64,000 nucleotides of DNA from Candidatus Brockarchaeota archaeon (GTDB taxonomy: Archaea; Thermoproteota; EX4484-205; JAAOZP01), in assembly GCA_017601245.1 (NCBI GenBank), contig JAFNJB010000056.1:4002-68001 (forward strand). The letters run 5' to 3'. The notes below the pieces were generated by a model that saw nothing but the letters and a program-made list of their open reading frames with translations, made no database searches and was not told the origin of the DNA. Within the stretch, counting starts at the first letter, position 1. Every line of letters starts with the position of its first letter. Of this stretch, positions 47,716 to 57,432 are shown piece by piece. The position numbers and the translations under genes are program-made.

Positions 47716-48378
47716 TTAGAATCCAGCTTTACTCGCCTCCGTCATCAAGAAGTTTGTTATAAACAGCCTTTTCAATGCAAAGTATGTAGCTGCGATGAAG
47801 GAATGGCTTGTAGAAGTTGAACCCTTTGTCTTAGACCAAACATCCCGGATGCCGGCGAGTCTTAAGAGCGGTTTAATAGCATCACCGACTACGAGGCCGA
47901 GGCCCTTGGGACCCGGATAGAGCATGACAGTTACGCTCCCCGTCTTCCCGATAGTTTTTGCTGGAATAGAATGCGGCTCTCCACATTTACACTCCCAGGA
48001 TCCGCATCCCCGTGGCACTGGAATCATGTTGAGCCTGGCTCTTCTAGCAGCTTTTTCTATCGCATCCCTAACCTGTTTGGCTTTTGCAGAGCCTATTCCA
48101 ACATGCCCGTCTTCATCGCCGACTACGACGAGTGCTCTGAAACGTGTTTTCTCCCCGGCATCGCTCTGCTTTTGGACTGGACTCACTGAAATGACTTCCT
48201 CCCTTATTTTCCGGAGCAAAAGGTCGACTGCCTCTGGCTCTCTTATCTTAAGACCCATGTTGAAAACTTCTTCTAGCGTAGAAACCCTGCCTTCTTTTAT
48301 CATTCGAATAAGCGGAGTTTCTACGATAGCTTCTTGAATTACTTCAGATTCTTCAGAATCGTCTTCAGCCATGTTCAA
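47716..48378 (-). CDS. rps5: 30S ribosomal protein S5
   Basis: uS5 dsRBD-like plus C-terminal domain. Confidence 0.9.
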   Translation of the reverse strand: MNMAEDDSEESEVIQEAIVETPLIRMIKEGRVSTLEEVFNMGLKIREPEAVDLLLRKIREEVISVSPVQKQSDAGEKTRFRALVVVGDEDGHVGIGSAKAKQVRDAIEKAARRARLNMIPVPRGCGSWECKCGEPHSIPAKTIGKTGSVTVMLYPGPKGLGLVVGDAIKPLLRLAGIRDVWSKTKGSTSTSHSFIAATYFALKRLFITNFLMTEASKAGF

Positions 48379-48940
48379 CAGCCTCCCTTATTCTATTCTT
48401 AACTTCTTCGAATATCCTAGGCATATCCTCAACCTTCAAGCCTTCTTTCACGTATCTAGAGAAGCCCCTACCTCCGGAAGCCTTAAAATAGTTAACTATA
48501 TGCTCGCCGAGTATCCTACTCTTATCCGGGAGCATTTCCTCGCTAACTCTCACTTTGAAACCTGCATCTAATAGACCACTGCAGGCAGCGTATATCCTAC
48601 CCCCCCTAACAGGCTTATGCAAGCCGACATCTAGAATACCCTCTGAAACACCATTCTTCAAACACCTTAAGCCGGCTAGGTAAGCCGTCAGGTATGTGGC
48701 AGGGGTATTGTTAAAACTGAAAGGCCAGCCGAATTTTCTCAGTTCTTGCGAGAAGGCTGAAGCCAGAGTCATGTCTCCAATGGGCTTGCTAGAAACTATC
48801 AATACTCTAACATGCTTGTTTGAAATCCTCACAACCACTCTCGGCAAGCCTGATTTGAGCAGTTTAGTCCTAAGGTAATAGTCTGTAAGGCCCTCCCGCC
48901 GTCTTCTGAACTTGACCTTGTAAGACGCGGTTTTTGCCAT
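48365..48940 (-). CDS. rpl18: 50S ribosomal protein L18
   Basis: uL18 pattern. Confidence 0.85.
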   Translation of the reverse strand: MAKTASYKVKFRRRREGLTDYYLRTKLLKSGLPRVVVRISNKHVRVLIVSSKPIGDMTLASAFSQELRKFGWPFSFNNTPATYLTAYLAGLRCLKNGVSEGILDVGLHKPVRGGRIYAACSGLLDAGFKVRVSEEMLPDKSRILGEHIVNYFKASGGRGFSRYVKEGLKVEDMPRIFEEVKNRIREAVEHG

Positions 48941-49371
48941 TAAGCAGCCTCACCCCTTTCTTTTAATGATAGAACGTAGTTCATCAAGGCCCTTTTACTT
49001 GCGAATGCGCCTCCCTTAACCATTAGGTATAGCCGCCTGTATACTCTCCTGGATATAATCTTCTTGTCACGTAGCTCCCTCAGAAGCTTCCTCTGCGCCC
49101 TAACCTTTTCAACCCATGTGACAGATATTCTAGCGCCCTTCGCCCCCTTCTTGCTTCCCGGACCCCTCCTACCGCTCTTAGCCCTGACCCTACCCCTACT
49201 CGGCGTAGAAGCCGGTCTTTTCCTAATCACGCCACTTTTAATTAGCCTCCTTACGTCAGCCCTTGTTACAGCATTCTCAACCTCTTCAAGCCTCTCTGGA
49301 TCTATCCATATTCTCGACTCTCCTACTTTGAGAATGTCGGCGGCAAGCCTCCTGACTGTTTTCACACCCAA
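48940..49371 (-). CDS. rpl19e: 50S ribosomal protein L19e
   Basis: L19e pattern. Confidence 0.85.
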   Translation of the reverse strand: MGVKTVRRLAADILKVGESRIWIDPERLEEVENAVTRADVRRLIKSGVIRKRPASTPSRGRVRAKSGRRGPGSKKGAKGARISVTWVEKVRAQRKLLRELRDKKIISRRVYRRLYLMVKGGAFASKRALMNYVLSLKERGEAA

Positions 49372-49375
49372 TTCG

Positions 49376-49801
49376 CTAAGCCTCCTCCGTCTTAACAGTC
49401 TTAGCCTCGTAATTAGCTATAACGAATCCTTTTGCCAATGCTTCTTTCGCAAGAGCCTCCCTCAGCCTCCTACCTAGTCTTGAAGAAAAGATCAGAATCT
49501 TCCCCTCTGGCGAGCCTGCTTCCTCAAGGTCTCGTCTACAGGAAATTAAGACAGGCTTCAAGCCGGAAGAATGGAGCCCCCTAGTCCTCTTCGGAGAGCC
49601 GTATCCTACTTTAACCACCTTAGGCCACCCCTTGACTCTGAGTCGCATCTTACTGTCCTTACCCCTCGGCCTACGCCAGCTCTCATCCAGCCTCACGTAT
49701 CTCCAACTCTCCTGCCTTACGAATTCAGGCTTATTCTCTTTGTGCCTCCTCCTCAATGCAAGTAGCTTTTTAGCCTCAGTGCTCAACCCTACCGCCTCCA
49801 T
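49376..49801 (-). CDS. rpl32e: 50S ribosomal protein L32e
   Basis: L32e pattern. Confidence 0.85.
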   Translation of the reverse strand: MEAVGLSTEAKKLLALRRRHKENKPEFVRQESWRYVRLDESWRRPRGKDSKMRLRVKGWPKVVKVGYGSPKRTRGLHSSGLKPVLISCRRDLEEAGSPEGKILIFSSRLGRRLREALAKEALAKGFVIANYEAKTVKTEEA

Positions 49802-50355
49802 AACCCTTTCTCAACAACGTATATCCCATCTATGTAAATCCTTGGATCCTTATCCTTAATCTTCGTCGCTAATTCAAACATTGCAGCCACTTGAGTAACC
49901 TCATTCTTATCTAAGCCAGTGACGATTATGTCTTGTCCAGAAACGTTAATGTCAACGTTTTTAAAAGGAACCTTAAAGCATCTAGGCGATTTCTCACCCA
50001 TAAAGTTGTGTATAGAAACCATGTTATGAGACTTATCGTATTTAACGGTCACTGGGAAATGGGAATAGACTATCTTCAGCTTAACCATGTAGCCATGAAC
50101 GACTCCTTCCATCATGTTTCTGACAAGCTTGGCGACTGTTCCAACCAGGGCTTTAAACTTCTTGCCCTTCTTGGTTGAGATTATTCTAAGCGTATTACCT
50201 TCGAGTGTCAGTTTTAAACCAGTATGTGAGAAGTCTTTAGATAATTTCCCAAGGGGGCCTTCGACGATAACGGTAGAACCGTTTAAGCCAATGTTCACTC
50301 CCTCAAGCGCTTCAACGTTTTCACTATAGACAACTTCCATCATGCTAATAGACAT
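49789..50355 (-). CDS. rpl6: 50S ribosomal protein L6
   Basis: uL6 two-domain pattern. Confidence 0.85.
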   Translation of the reverse strand: MSISMMEVVYSENVEALEGVNIGLNGSTVIVEGPLGKLSKDFSHTGLKLTLEGNTLRIISTKKGKKFKALVGTVAKLVRNMMEGVVHGYMVKLKIVYSHFPVTVKYDKSHNMVSIHNFMGEKSPRCFKVPFKNVDINVSGQDIIVTGLDKNEVTQVAAMFELATKIKDKDPRIYIDGIYVVEKGLWRR

Positions 50356-50746
50356 ATGCGATCAACCTCCCCCCGATTTTCTTATTCTTAGCTTCCACAT
50401 GCGTCATTAATCCCTGTGGAGTAGATATAATCAGTAGCCCGATATTGTAAGCGGGGAGAAACATCTTCTCAAATTTCTCAATATCTCGATATGATGTTGG
50501 AAACCTTGGTTTAATTGCTCTACATTTGTTTATCCTTCCTATTAATTGTACTCTAAAAAAGCCTGATTTACCGTCGTCAACGAATTCGAATTCACCAATA
50601 TAGCCGTGTTGTTGCAGTATTTTAAGAACATGTCCTATAAGGTTTGAGGCTGGTGAAATTATACACTCTTTCTTCCTCCTAAGATCGCAGTTTTGAAGCG
50701 TCGTCAACGCATTTGCAAGAGGGTCGTTGAGAGTCAAAGTTAACAC
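50345..50746 (-). CDS. rps8: 30S ribosomal protein S8
   Basis: uS8 pattern. Confidence 0.85.
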   Translation of the reverse strand: MLTLTLNDPLANALTTLQNCDLRRKKECIISPASNLIGHVLKILQQHGYIGEFEFVDDGKSGFFRVQLIGRINKCRAIKPRFPTSYRDIEKFEKMFLPAYNIGLLIISTPQGLMTHVEAKNKKIGGRLIAYVY

Positions 50747-50747
50747 C

Positions 50748-50930
50748 TCAGCTATACTTCCTGAATCCGAGTAGTGGGGCGACTTCTCTAAAACAGTGCC
50801 TACAATAGTTCAAGCCATACTGTCTTATTATCGGACCGTAAGAGCCGCATCTAATACAGGGTCTAGAACCCTTTCCGAATGTCCTCTTCTTTGGCATTTG
50901 GCGAGCCATGTTAAACAACCTCCACTCCAA
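50748..50930 (-). CDS. rps14: 30S ribosomal protein S14 (zinc type)
   Basis: [25 protein letters not shown]. Confidence 0.8.
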   Translation of the reverse strand: MEWRLFNMARQMPKKRTFGKGSRPCIRCGSYGPIIRQYGLNYCRHCFREVAPLLGFRKYS

Positions 50931-51453
50931 ACTTTCCCCTTATGAAGTTTATTGCCTCTTCCTTCGTAATTCTGTGAGATGGACCAACCTTGTTTCTACG
51001 ACGCCTCCTGTACATGATGCGAAAACCGGGTCTGTAGAGTTTTACACAAATATCCATTCCGAAAACACCTATCTTAGGATCGTATTTAACACCGGGGAAT
51101 TGAATATGCTCCTTAATACCGAAGCTGAATACTCCATCTTGGAAGCTTGAAGCCTTTATTTTCCTCCCTATGGCGCTGAAGGCCCTGGATAAGAATTCCT
51201 CTGCATTCTTGCCCCTAAGCGTCACTATGGCAGCGATTGCCTCACGTTTCCTGATTCCGAATTCCTTTATAGTCTTCTTAGCCCTCCTCTCAGCGGGTTT
51301 CATACCAGTTAATAGTGTTAAAACCTGCTTAGCCCTCTCCAAAGGGTCCCCAGGCTTACCTGGACAAATGTTTACAACAACCTTCTCTATTCTTATTTCT
51401 CTCATAGGATTTTCATGTTTCTGCTCTCTCCTTTCTAAAACAGCTTCAGCCAA
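50911..51453 (-). CDS. rpl5: 50S ribosomal protein L5
   Basis: uL5 pattern. Confidence 0.85.
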   Translation of the reverse strand: MAEAVLERREQKHENPMREIRIEKVVVNICPGKPGDPLERAKQVLTLLTGMKPAERRAKKTIKEFGIRKREAIAAIVTLRGKNAEEFLSRAFSAIGRKIKASSFQDGVFSFGIKEHIQFPGVKYDPKIGVFGMDICVKLYRPGFRIMYRRRRRNKVGPSHRITKEEAINFIRGKFGVEVV

Positions 51454-52154
51454 GGCCTATCCCTCCCAATAGCCATGACATAATCCCTTATCGTACTAAC
51501 CTCATCTTCGTTGGTTTTTAGTGTAACAATACTGTCGCGAAGCATGCTTGAACTCGAAATCGATTTCACAATCCCTGTGCTACCGGCATGCTTACCCATG
51601 AACACGTATGCGACGCAACCCTCTGAAAGCGGAGTTTTATCTATTATAGTGCATTCCGGAATCTTCACGAGAAGGGAACCACCCACGTTAAGAGAATAAT
51701 CATCTGTTTCAAAGGTCCTACCGTCCTCAGTTGCAAGCATCAATTTCCCGCGGTAAAGATATTTCTTATTAATCCTACATATCTTCATAGAAGATTCTTC
51801 AGGGGGGATTTCAACTGGTATTAACCTACTCTTATTGTCAACGAGCATTCGATAATGTTTGTTAAGCTCCTTAATGCTTATGACATCCATTAAACCCACT
51901 GGGAATTTATGGGATGTCCTAACAACACCATCTACGAGAATCAATGAGCGTTTTATAATATTCCTCGCCTCCTTACCAGTCTCTGCTAATTTTAAAACAT
52001 CCCTTACAACAACCTGAAGCGGTAGCGAGAGTTTAAGCCGATGGGGTCCGGGTTCAGGTCTTGTGATAAACTTCTTCTCCTTAACGCTAACAACCTGCAT
52101 TGAGACGGGGGCAGCGTATCTCTTTAGGCTCTTAGATCCGCCTTTACGCGCCAC
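51435..52154 (-). CDS. rps4e: 30S ribosomal protein S4e
   Basis: S4e pattern. Confidence 0.85.
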   Translation of the reverse strand: MARKGGSKSLKRYAAPVSMQVVSVKEKKFITRPEPGPHRLKLSLPLQVVVRDVLKLAETGKEARNIIKRSLILVDGVVRTSHKFPVGLMDVISIKELNKHYRMLVDNKSRLIPVEIPPEESSMKICRINKKYLYRGKLMLATEDGRTFETDDYSLNVGGSLLVKIPECTIIDKTPLSEGCVAYVFMGKHAGSTGIVKSISSSSMLRDSIVTLKTNEDEVSTIRDYVMAIGRDRPWLKLF

Positions 52155-52491
52155 CTTCAGAAACCTCCTTGACAGTCTTACGTTTCCTCTCTATGATGCG
52201 TTGCCTCCACTTATCCTTCTCATCGATTTTGATTAGTATAACCGAGTTTATGGGTATTGGAACCAGCCTCTGCTCTCCGCGTGCATTCTCCCTGTAAACA
52301 CCTGAAATGTAAATACGGCCCCTGTTTCTATCTACTCTACTCACATCCCCCTCAATGCCCTTGTAGTCCCCCCTTATTATAAGAACCCTGTCCCCAGTCC
52401 TCACTGGCAGACTTCTAAAACCGTACTTAGCCCTCAACTCGCGACTAAGATGGACAGAAGAAGCCTTGTAGGCTAAGTGTCTCTCATTCAT
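52144..52491 (-). CDS. rpl24: 50S ribosomal protein L24
   Basis: uL24 KOW domain. Confidence 0.8.
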   Translation of the reverse strand: MNERHLAYKASSVHLSRELRAKYGFRSLPVRTGDRVLIIRGDYKGIEGDVSRVDRNRGRIYISGVYRENARGEQRLVPIPINSVILIKIDEKDKWRQRIIERKRKTVKEVSEGGA

Positions 52492-52496
52492 ATTTA

Positions 52497-52934
52497 TTAC
52501 ACCACCATTGAGGCAAGTGCTGAGAGCTTAGGCCAGAGGTCAACAGCCTCCTTCGCCACAGGCCCTTTTATCTCAGTGCCCTTGATATCACCCTCTGGAG
52601 TTACTAGTACTGCAGCATTGTCTTCGAAAACAACCCTCAGCCCATCCCTCCTTCTAACGGGGTATCGTTGCCTTATTATTATCGCCTTCATCATCTTATT
52701 CTTAAGGTCTGGCGTACCCTTCTTAACAGCAACCGTCACCAAGTCGCCTACTTTCGCAGATGGTCTTCGCCTCAGCCTGCTACCAGTCCTATAGACCTGT
52801 ATTATTCTCAAAACCTTCGCTCCAGAATTGTCCGCACACACCAGATTAGCGCCAACCGGAAGGCCACGGGAACCATGCAGCCTATACTCTAATATTCCCT
52901 TTGCGGATACTGCCCTAGACTTCTTCATCGCCAT
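52497..52934 (-). CDS. rpl14: 50S ribosomal protein L14
   Basis: uL14 pattern. Confidence 0.9.
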   Translation of the reverse strand: MAMKKSRAVSAKGILEYRLHGSRGLPVGANLVCADNSGAKVLRIIQVYRTGSRLRRRPSAKVGDLVTVAVKKGTPDLKNKMMKAIIIRQRYPVRRRDGLRVVFEDNAAVLVTPEGDIKGTEIKGPVAKEAVDLWPKLSALASMVV

Positions 52935-52937
52935 TTT

Positions 52938-53261
52938 TTAGCTCACCTTCCCCAACACTACGAAATGAACAGTCTTGCTCAATGGTCTTGTTTCCCCTAT
53001 TATAACTCTATCCCCGGTTCTAGCGGCGATACAGGGAGGGTTATGAGATGGGATTCTACTCCTCTTCCTCATGTAACGCTTATACTTCGGGACGTAATGC
53101 AAGTATTCCCTCATTACTATCACGGTGTTCTTCATCTTATCGGAGACTACAATACCCTCGAATACGCTTCCCCTTACCCTAACGTTCCCGTGGAAGGGAC
53201 ACTTCTTGTCGTCACACTTGTTCTCTGGAGGCTTTAGCCCGAGGTCTTTAAGGAAGCTCAT
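52938..53261 (-). CDS. rps17: 30S ribosomal protein S17
   Basis: uS17 OB fold. Confidence 0.85.
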   Translation of the reverse strand: MSFLKDLGLKPPENKCDDKKCPFHGNVRVRGSVFEGIVVSDKMKNTVIVMREYLHYVPKYKRYMRKRSRIPSHNPPCIAARTGDRVIIGETRPLSKTVHFVVLGKVS

Positions 53262-53527
53262 GGGTCAATCCTCCCAGTCCTATCCTCTGGCCTAAACGCT
53301 ATCGACTCTCCTTTTAAAACAACCTCTTTATCTCCGAGTTTGAATACGAAAACCCTGTGGTGCTTTGGGATGGTAAGGCGCCGTCCTTTCTCAGAGATTA
53401 TGATTAGAGTATTCTTCGTTTCCCAAACCACTTTCCCGGAAAAGACCGTAGTGTTGTCTTTAGGGTCGATAACCCTGACGGGAAGCCCTATCAGCTCGTG
53501 GTAAGCAAGGTTACTGGGCGTCCTCAT
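53258..53527 (-). CDS. rnp1: Ribonuclease P protein component 1 (Rpp29/Pop4)
   Basis: Sm-like 89-aa protein at the conserved L29-S17 position. Confidence 0.7.
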   Translation of the reverse strand: MRTPSNLAYHELIGLPVRVIDPKDNTTVFSGKVVWETKNTLIIISEKGRRLTIPKHHRVFVFKLGDKEVVLKGESIAFRPEDRTGRIDP

Positions 53528-53724
53528 TTCAGTGCCTCCTCCCTTTCTACGGTTAGTATCCTAGCTATAGCTCGTTTCAACTCTCTAACAGCCTTAGTAT
53601 TCTCCTCAAGGCCGGAGGCTGCTCTCATCCTCGCTATCATCAACTCGTTGCGAAGCTCTTGGAGCTTCTTAAGCCTCTCCTCCTTACTCATTTTCCTTAT
53701 CTCACTGGCCTTCAGCCTTGCCAA
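53524..53724 (-). CDS. rpl29: 50S ribosomal protein L29
   Basis: uL29 helical pattern. Confidence 0.8.
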   Translation of the reverse strand: MARLKASEIRKMSKEERLKKLQELRNELMIARMRAASGLEENTKAVRELKRAIARILTVEREEALK

Positions 53725-54352
53725 CTTCCACAGCCTCCTGCGGCGCCTCTACTAACTGCACTTCATCCGGAGGAACAGCCTCTTTCAATATTTTGACCTT
53801 GACACCCATGACTCCCTGCGGCAGTAGTACACTTGCCTTACCTACTTTGACATACTTCATCGCAGGGTCTCCGGCTGCAGGCATATAGCCGAAGCTAAAC
53901 TTCTCAAACCTGGCCCTATCCGTGGTAAGCTTACCAGCTATCCTTATCTCGCAGCCTATCGCACCCGCGGCAGCTACCCTACGTAGAGCAACCCTAGCAG
54001 CCCTACGGTATTTAACACCTTTCTCAAGAGCCCTACATATCATTTGAGCAACAAGCTGGGGCTCTAAATCGGGATTCTCAACCTCCGCCACGTTTACCTG
54101 CGGGTTCTCAAGATTGAACTTCTCCTTGAGGATGTCTTGAATCTCCCTAATCCTCCTACCATCCGGGCCTATGACGAACCCAGGTTTGCTCGTGTATATT
54201 GTTACTACAAGACCCATTGGGACATTAAGAACCTTACAGCCAACATACCCCCCGTCTTTCAAATATTCTTTCAAGAAATCGTCGATCTGCTGATGGAGCT
54301 TACACAGGTTGAGAACTCTCTTGTAAAATATTAGCTTCTTCTTACTCGACAA
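53702..54352 (-). CDS. rps3: 30S ribosomal protein S3
   Basis: KH domain plus uS3 C-terminus. Confidence 0.9.
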   Translation of the reverse strand: MSSKKKLIFYKRVLNLCKLHQQIDDFLKEYLKDGGYVGCKVLNVPMGLVVTIYTSKPGFVIGPDGRRIREIQDILKEKFNLENPQVNVAEVENPDLEPQLVAQMICRALEKGVKYRRAARVALRRVAAAGAIGCEIRIAGKLTTDRARFEKFSFGYMPAAGDPAMKYVKVGKASVLLPQGVMGVKVKILKEAVPPDEVQLVEAPQEAVEVGKAEGQ

Positions 54353-54353
54353 T

Positions 54354-54869
54354 TCAACCAGCCTCCTCTACAGCCAGGACCTCTACGTGCGTGAGCGTTT
54401 CAAACCTGGGCGTGGCTCTCCCAAAAGCCCTGGGCATGTATCTTTTCAACTTCCTACCCCTGTGGACAACAACTCCCTTTATCCTCATCCTATCCGGGGA
54501 GAGGCCCTTGTACTCAGCATTAGCCTCAAGCTGGGATATTAGCCTAAGGAAGAAACGGGCCGTTTTAACAGGATATCTCCCCGAGTCGAATCCTTCAATC
54601 CCCCTCCTATGTGGAACCTTCTTCCTATACCTCCGGAAGGGGACGGGGGTCTCCATTCTCACCACGGCCTCAAGCCTCCTCCTAGCCTCTGGAATCTTAA
54701 GACCCTTGATGAACCTAGCCACTTCTACGGCATGCTTAGGGGATATCCTAACCTCTCTGAGACTAGCCTTAGCCGAACGCGACTTATCCACTTCCACCAA
54801 ACTATACTTGAAACTCGGCAAACCCAACACCGGTTTAGCTCGCGGAGGCGAGACAGAAATAGACACCAA
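54354..54869 (-). CDS. rpl22: 50S ribosomal protein L22
   Basis: uL22 pattern. Confidence 0.85.
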   Translation of the reverse strand: MVSISVSPPRAKPVLGLPSFKYSLVEVDKSRSAKASLREVRISPKHAVEVARFIKGLKIPEARRRLEAVVRMETPVPFRRYRKKVPHRRGIEGFDSGRYPVKTARFFLRLISQLEANAEYKGLSPDRMRIKGVVVHRGRKLKRYMPRAFGRATPRFETLTHVEVLAVEEAG

Positions 54870-54938
54870 TTATTAAATATTTTGTCATCCTATAAGGAAG
54901 GCTTAAATCCCCATATGTAGCCATTTGAACGATGAAAA

Positions 54939-55160
54939 ATGAGTAAGGAAGCTGAGGCTGAGCCCAGCATACGTAGAGCTGTTAACGTCGACAAGCTTGA
55001 GAAAACCCCGGACGGTTATGTTGCACATGTAAAGTCGCTCGAAGGGTTGAGGAAGATCGCCACCATACTGAAGAAGCCCATGGTCTCCGTTAAGGAGAGT
55101 GGGGAATACCTAGTCATCGACGATAGGATAACCTACATCTGGAAGGAAACCAGCAAGTAA
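54939..55160 (+). CDS. Hypothetical 73-aa protein encoded antisense within the S19-L22 spacer
   Basis: Clean ORF with balanced composition. AT-rich upstream, T-rich tract downstream (55170-55190). Confidence 0.35.
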   Translation: MSKEAEAEPSIRRAVNVDKLEKTPDGYVAHVKSLEGLRKIATILKKPMVSVKESGEYLVIDDRITYIWKETSK

Positions 55161-55188
55161 TACGTTTTAGAACCCTTTCTATTTTTTC

Positions 55189-55599
55189 TTATTTCAAAGG
55201 CACATAAGTAGACGACTTGCTAGCGCCAACACCCGGCTTACCGTGAACAACCCTCTTGTTCGTTATCGCAAACTCGCCAAGGTAGTGCCCAACCTTGTCT
55301 AGGGTTATCTCAACCGGTATGAAGTCCTTACCGTTATGAACCTCTATCGTTAAGCCAACCATCTCAGGTAGAATAGGCATATCCCTCCTATGAGTCCTTA
55401 TCCTCTTCGTCTGAGTACCCGTCTTAGCCATCTCCGCCTTAATCTTCCTAATCTTCTCCAGAAGCTTCCTGTTCTCAGGATGCAAACCCCTCCTCAGAGT
55501 CCTCCTAATACGGGCTGGGAGGAGCCTCATCAACTCGTTCATCGAAAGACTATTCAGCTCCTCGAGCGTCTTACCCCTATACGTTGGAATGAGAGACAT
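55189..55599 (-). CDS. rps19: 30S ribosomal protein S19
   Basis: uS19 signature ...[34 protein letters not shown]. Confidence 0.85.
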   Translation of the reverse strand: MSLIPTYRGKTLEELNSLSMNELMRLLPARIRRTLRRGLHPENRKLLEKIRKIKAEMAKTGTQTKRIRTHRRDMPILPEMVGLTIEVHNGKDFIPVEITLDKVGHYLGEFAITNKRVVHGKPGVGASKSSTYVPLK

Positions 55600-55774
55600 C
55601 CACTACTTTTCCTAACCTCGGGGTATAATAACCTTTCCCTTGAATAAGCCGGTTATTTAGCAATATTAGGACAAGGACTTAGTATATAGCGAGTATTACT
55701 ATCAATGGTACAAAGCACTTTTACATAAGCATAATACGGTCGATTGCCTTAGACACTTGTGTATTAAGACTTAA

Positions 55775-56488
55775 ATGTTAGGCTTCTTCAGGGAGGAGAA
55801 GCAGATGCCTCATAAAAATGCAGTTGCATATGGCACAGCATCGTGTATAATGGGAATCATGATACTTTTTGCAAGCATCTTTTTGTTTTCACAATACATT
55901 TCTAAAACGGCGAATCAGTACTTAGCAATAACAGTAATAATAATAATGCTAACAGCATCTTCTTTAGTGATTCTATCTGGAGCATATTTAAGGCACTTAG
56001 GCAAGACTTGGCCAGTTACAGTCCCTATAAAGACAGCAGGAGGAACTAGTCCGAAAAAGCAGTTTCAAAAAACCCCTTCTTTGCAAAATGTGACATATCA
56101 TGAGACAGTATCTAAAAGCCAAGAGGCTACTAAGATTTGTCCTAAATGTGGGACTGCAAACGATGCAAAATACAAGTTCTGCTTTAGATGCGGAACAATT
56201 TTATTTGAAATTCCTATGGAAACACTGCCAAGTACTGAGATTGAAGTTGAAGAATTTGTTTTCTGTCAAGTCTGTGGTAAAAAGCTAGCAAAGAATTCGA
56301 AATACTGCAGTTCTTGTGGAGCACCACTATCTGGGGCCGAAACGCTTCCTCCACCACCCCCACCACCAGACATAGAGAAAAGATTAGAAGAATTAGAAGA
56401 AAAGATTAGGAGTTTAGAGGAATCGTTAAAGAAAATCACGGAATCGAAGAGTTTTGAAAACAAAAATGAAACAAGCATATTTGAATAG
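55775..56488 (+). CDS. Membrane protein with two zinc-ribbons, poly-Pro linker and C-terminal coiled coil
   Basis: Two TM helices. CPKCG..(14)..CFRCG and CQVCG..(11)..CSSCG. PPPPPPP. EELEEKIRSLEESLKK. Confidence 0.5.
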   Translation: MLGFFREEKQMPHKNAVAYGTASCIMGIMILFASIFLFSQYISKTANQYLAITVIIIMLTASSLVILSGAYLRHLGKTWPVTVPIKTAGGTSPKKQFQKTPSLQNVTYHETVSKSQEATKICPKCGTANDAKYKFCFRCGTILFEIPMETLPSTEIEVEEFVFCQVCGKKLAKNSKYCSSCGAPLSGAETLPPPPPPPDIEKRLEELEEKIRSLEESLKKITESKSFENKNETSIFE

Positions 56489-56556
56489 AAGGATACAAAG
56501 AATACAATCATGAAAAATTGTTAAACCTGCAAGTTGGAAATAGTAGATAAGAAAGC

Positions 56557-57263
56557 TTAACATGGTAAAGAAAAACTCTCGCCTGTTAATCGAAAACAGC
56601 TTCTCAGCTTACCCGTTAATATAGGTAGCGAAAACCACAACCCTATGATGTGAAACCACATTTTAACGTTATACTGCTTATGAATATCATATGCTTTTTT
56701 AAAGAATTCACCCCATGCTTTCATAAAACTATTCATAGAATCAATGCGAGAGTTAATAAGTTGTTTAGGCTCCATCTGTTCCTCCCCAATGGCTAGACCA
56801 GTTCTTCTGATATCTTCTTCCGCTATCAGTCTATCTTCAGGATTATCCTTTGAGAACAGATTTTTAGTAAGCAATATCTCCGGCTCACTTCCTATCCCAT
56901 AAATCTCTAGGACTTCAACAGGCCGGAAAATCTTTAAGCCCAGGTCCTAAGGTCCTATGATCAACCATTATGTTGTCTCGACACTTCCTAATCATAACTT
57001 TTACCCTATTCATTAAGTAGGAGACAATTGGATTCTTCTTAGCCTCCTCAACCTCTTCTTCCCCAAGCGTAAGCAGAATCGATAATTGCAGGAATATACT
57101 TCAATCCCTTACTTTTCATGTACCGAGATCCTATTACCCTCATCCACATCTTCACTTTTTCTACTATATTCCTCGGAGTGTTAGGTGCAGGCTTAATCAC
57201 CATCCAGTATTCAATCATTCTTTCCTGCTCTCCATATTTCTCTCCACTTATAAAAACCTCCAC
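56557..57263 (-). pseudogene. Decayed paralog (two frame fragments) of the 196-aa gene at 59180-59770
   Basis: 57048-57263 matches N-terminus MIEYWMVIKPAP... and 56557-56874 matches C-terminus ...DSMNSFMKAWGEFFKKAYDIHKQYNVKMWFHIIGL. The middle is out of frame. The last 104 nt are identical to the intact copy. Confidence 0.5.
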
Positions 57264-57432
57264 TATGTCTGGTTATTGTCTCATAAGCTCAACCAGGTAG
57301 TTAAGTAATTCCTTGGTTTCGGAAGTCTGGGGAGCCTGGAGGAAGCTGTAGACCAGCATCCAGCCATTTCTTATAAAAAATGAACCATAGCCAGTAACAT
57401 TTTTAAGCAAAAATGAACAATATAACATTATA

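Noticed and set aside
56266-56511. 81-aa minus ORF containing a poly-Gly run
   Set aside because: It is the antisense of the poly-Pro (CCACCACCCCCACCACCA) tract of the zinc-ribbon membrane protein. The poly-Gly is a mirror artefact.
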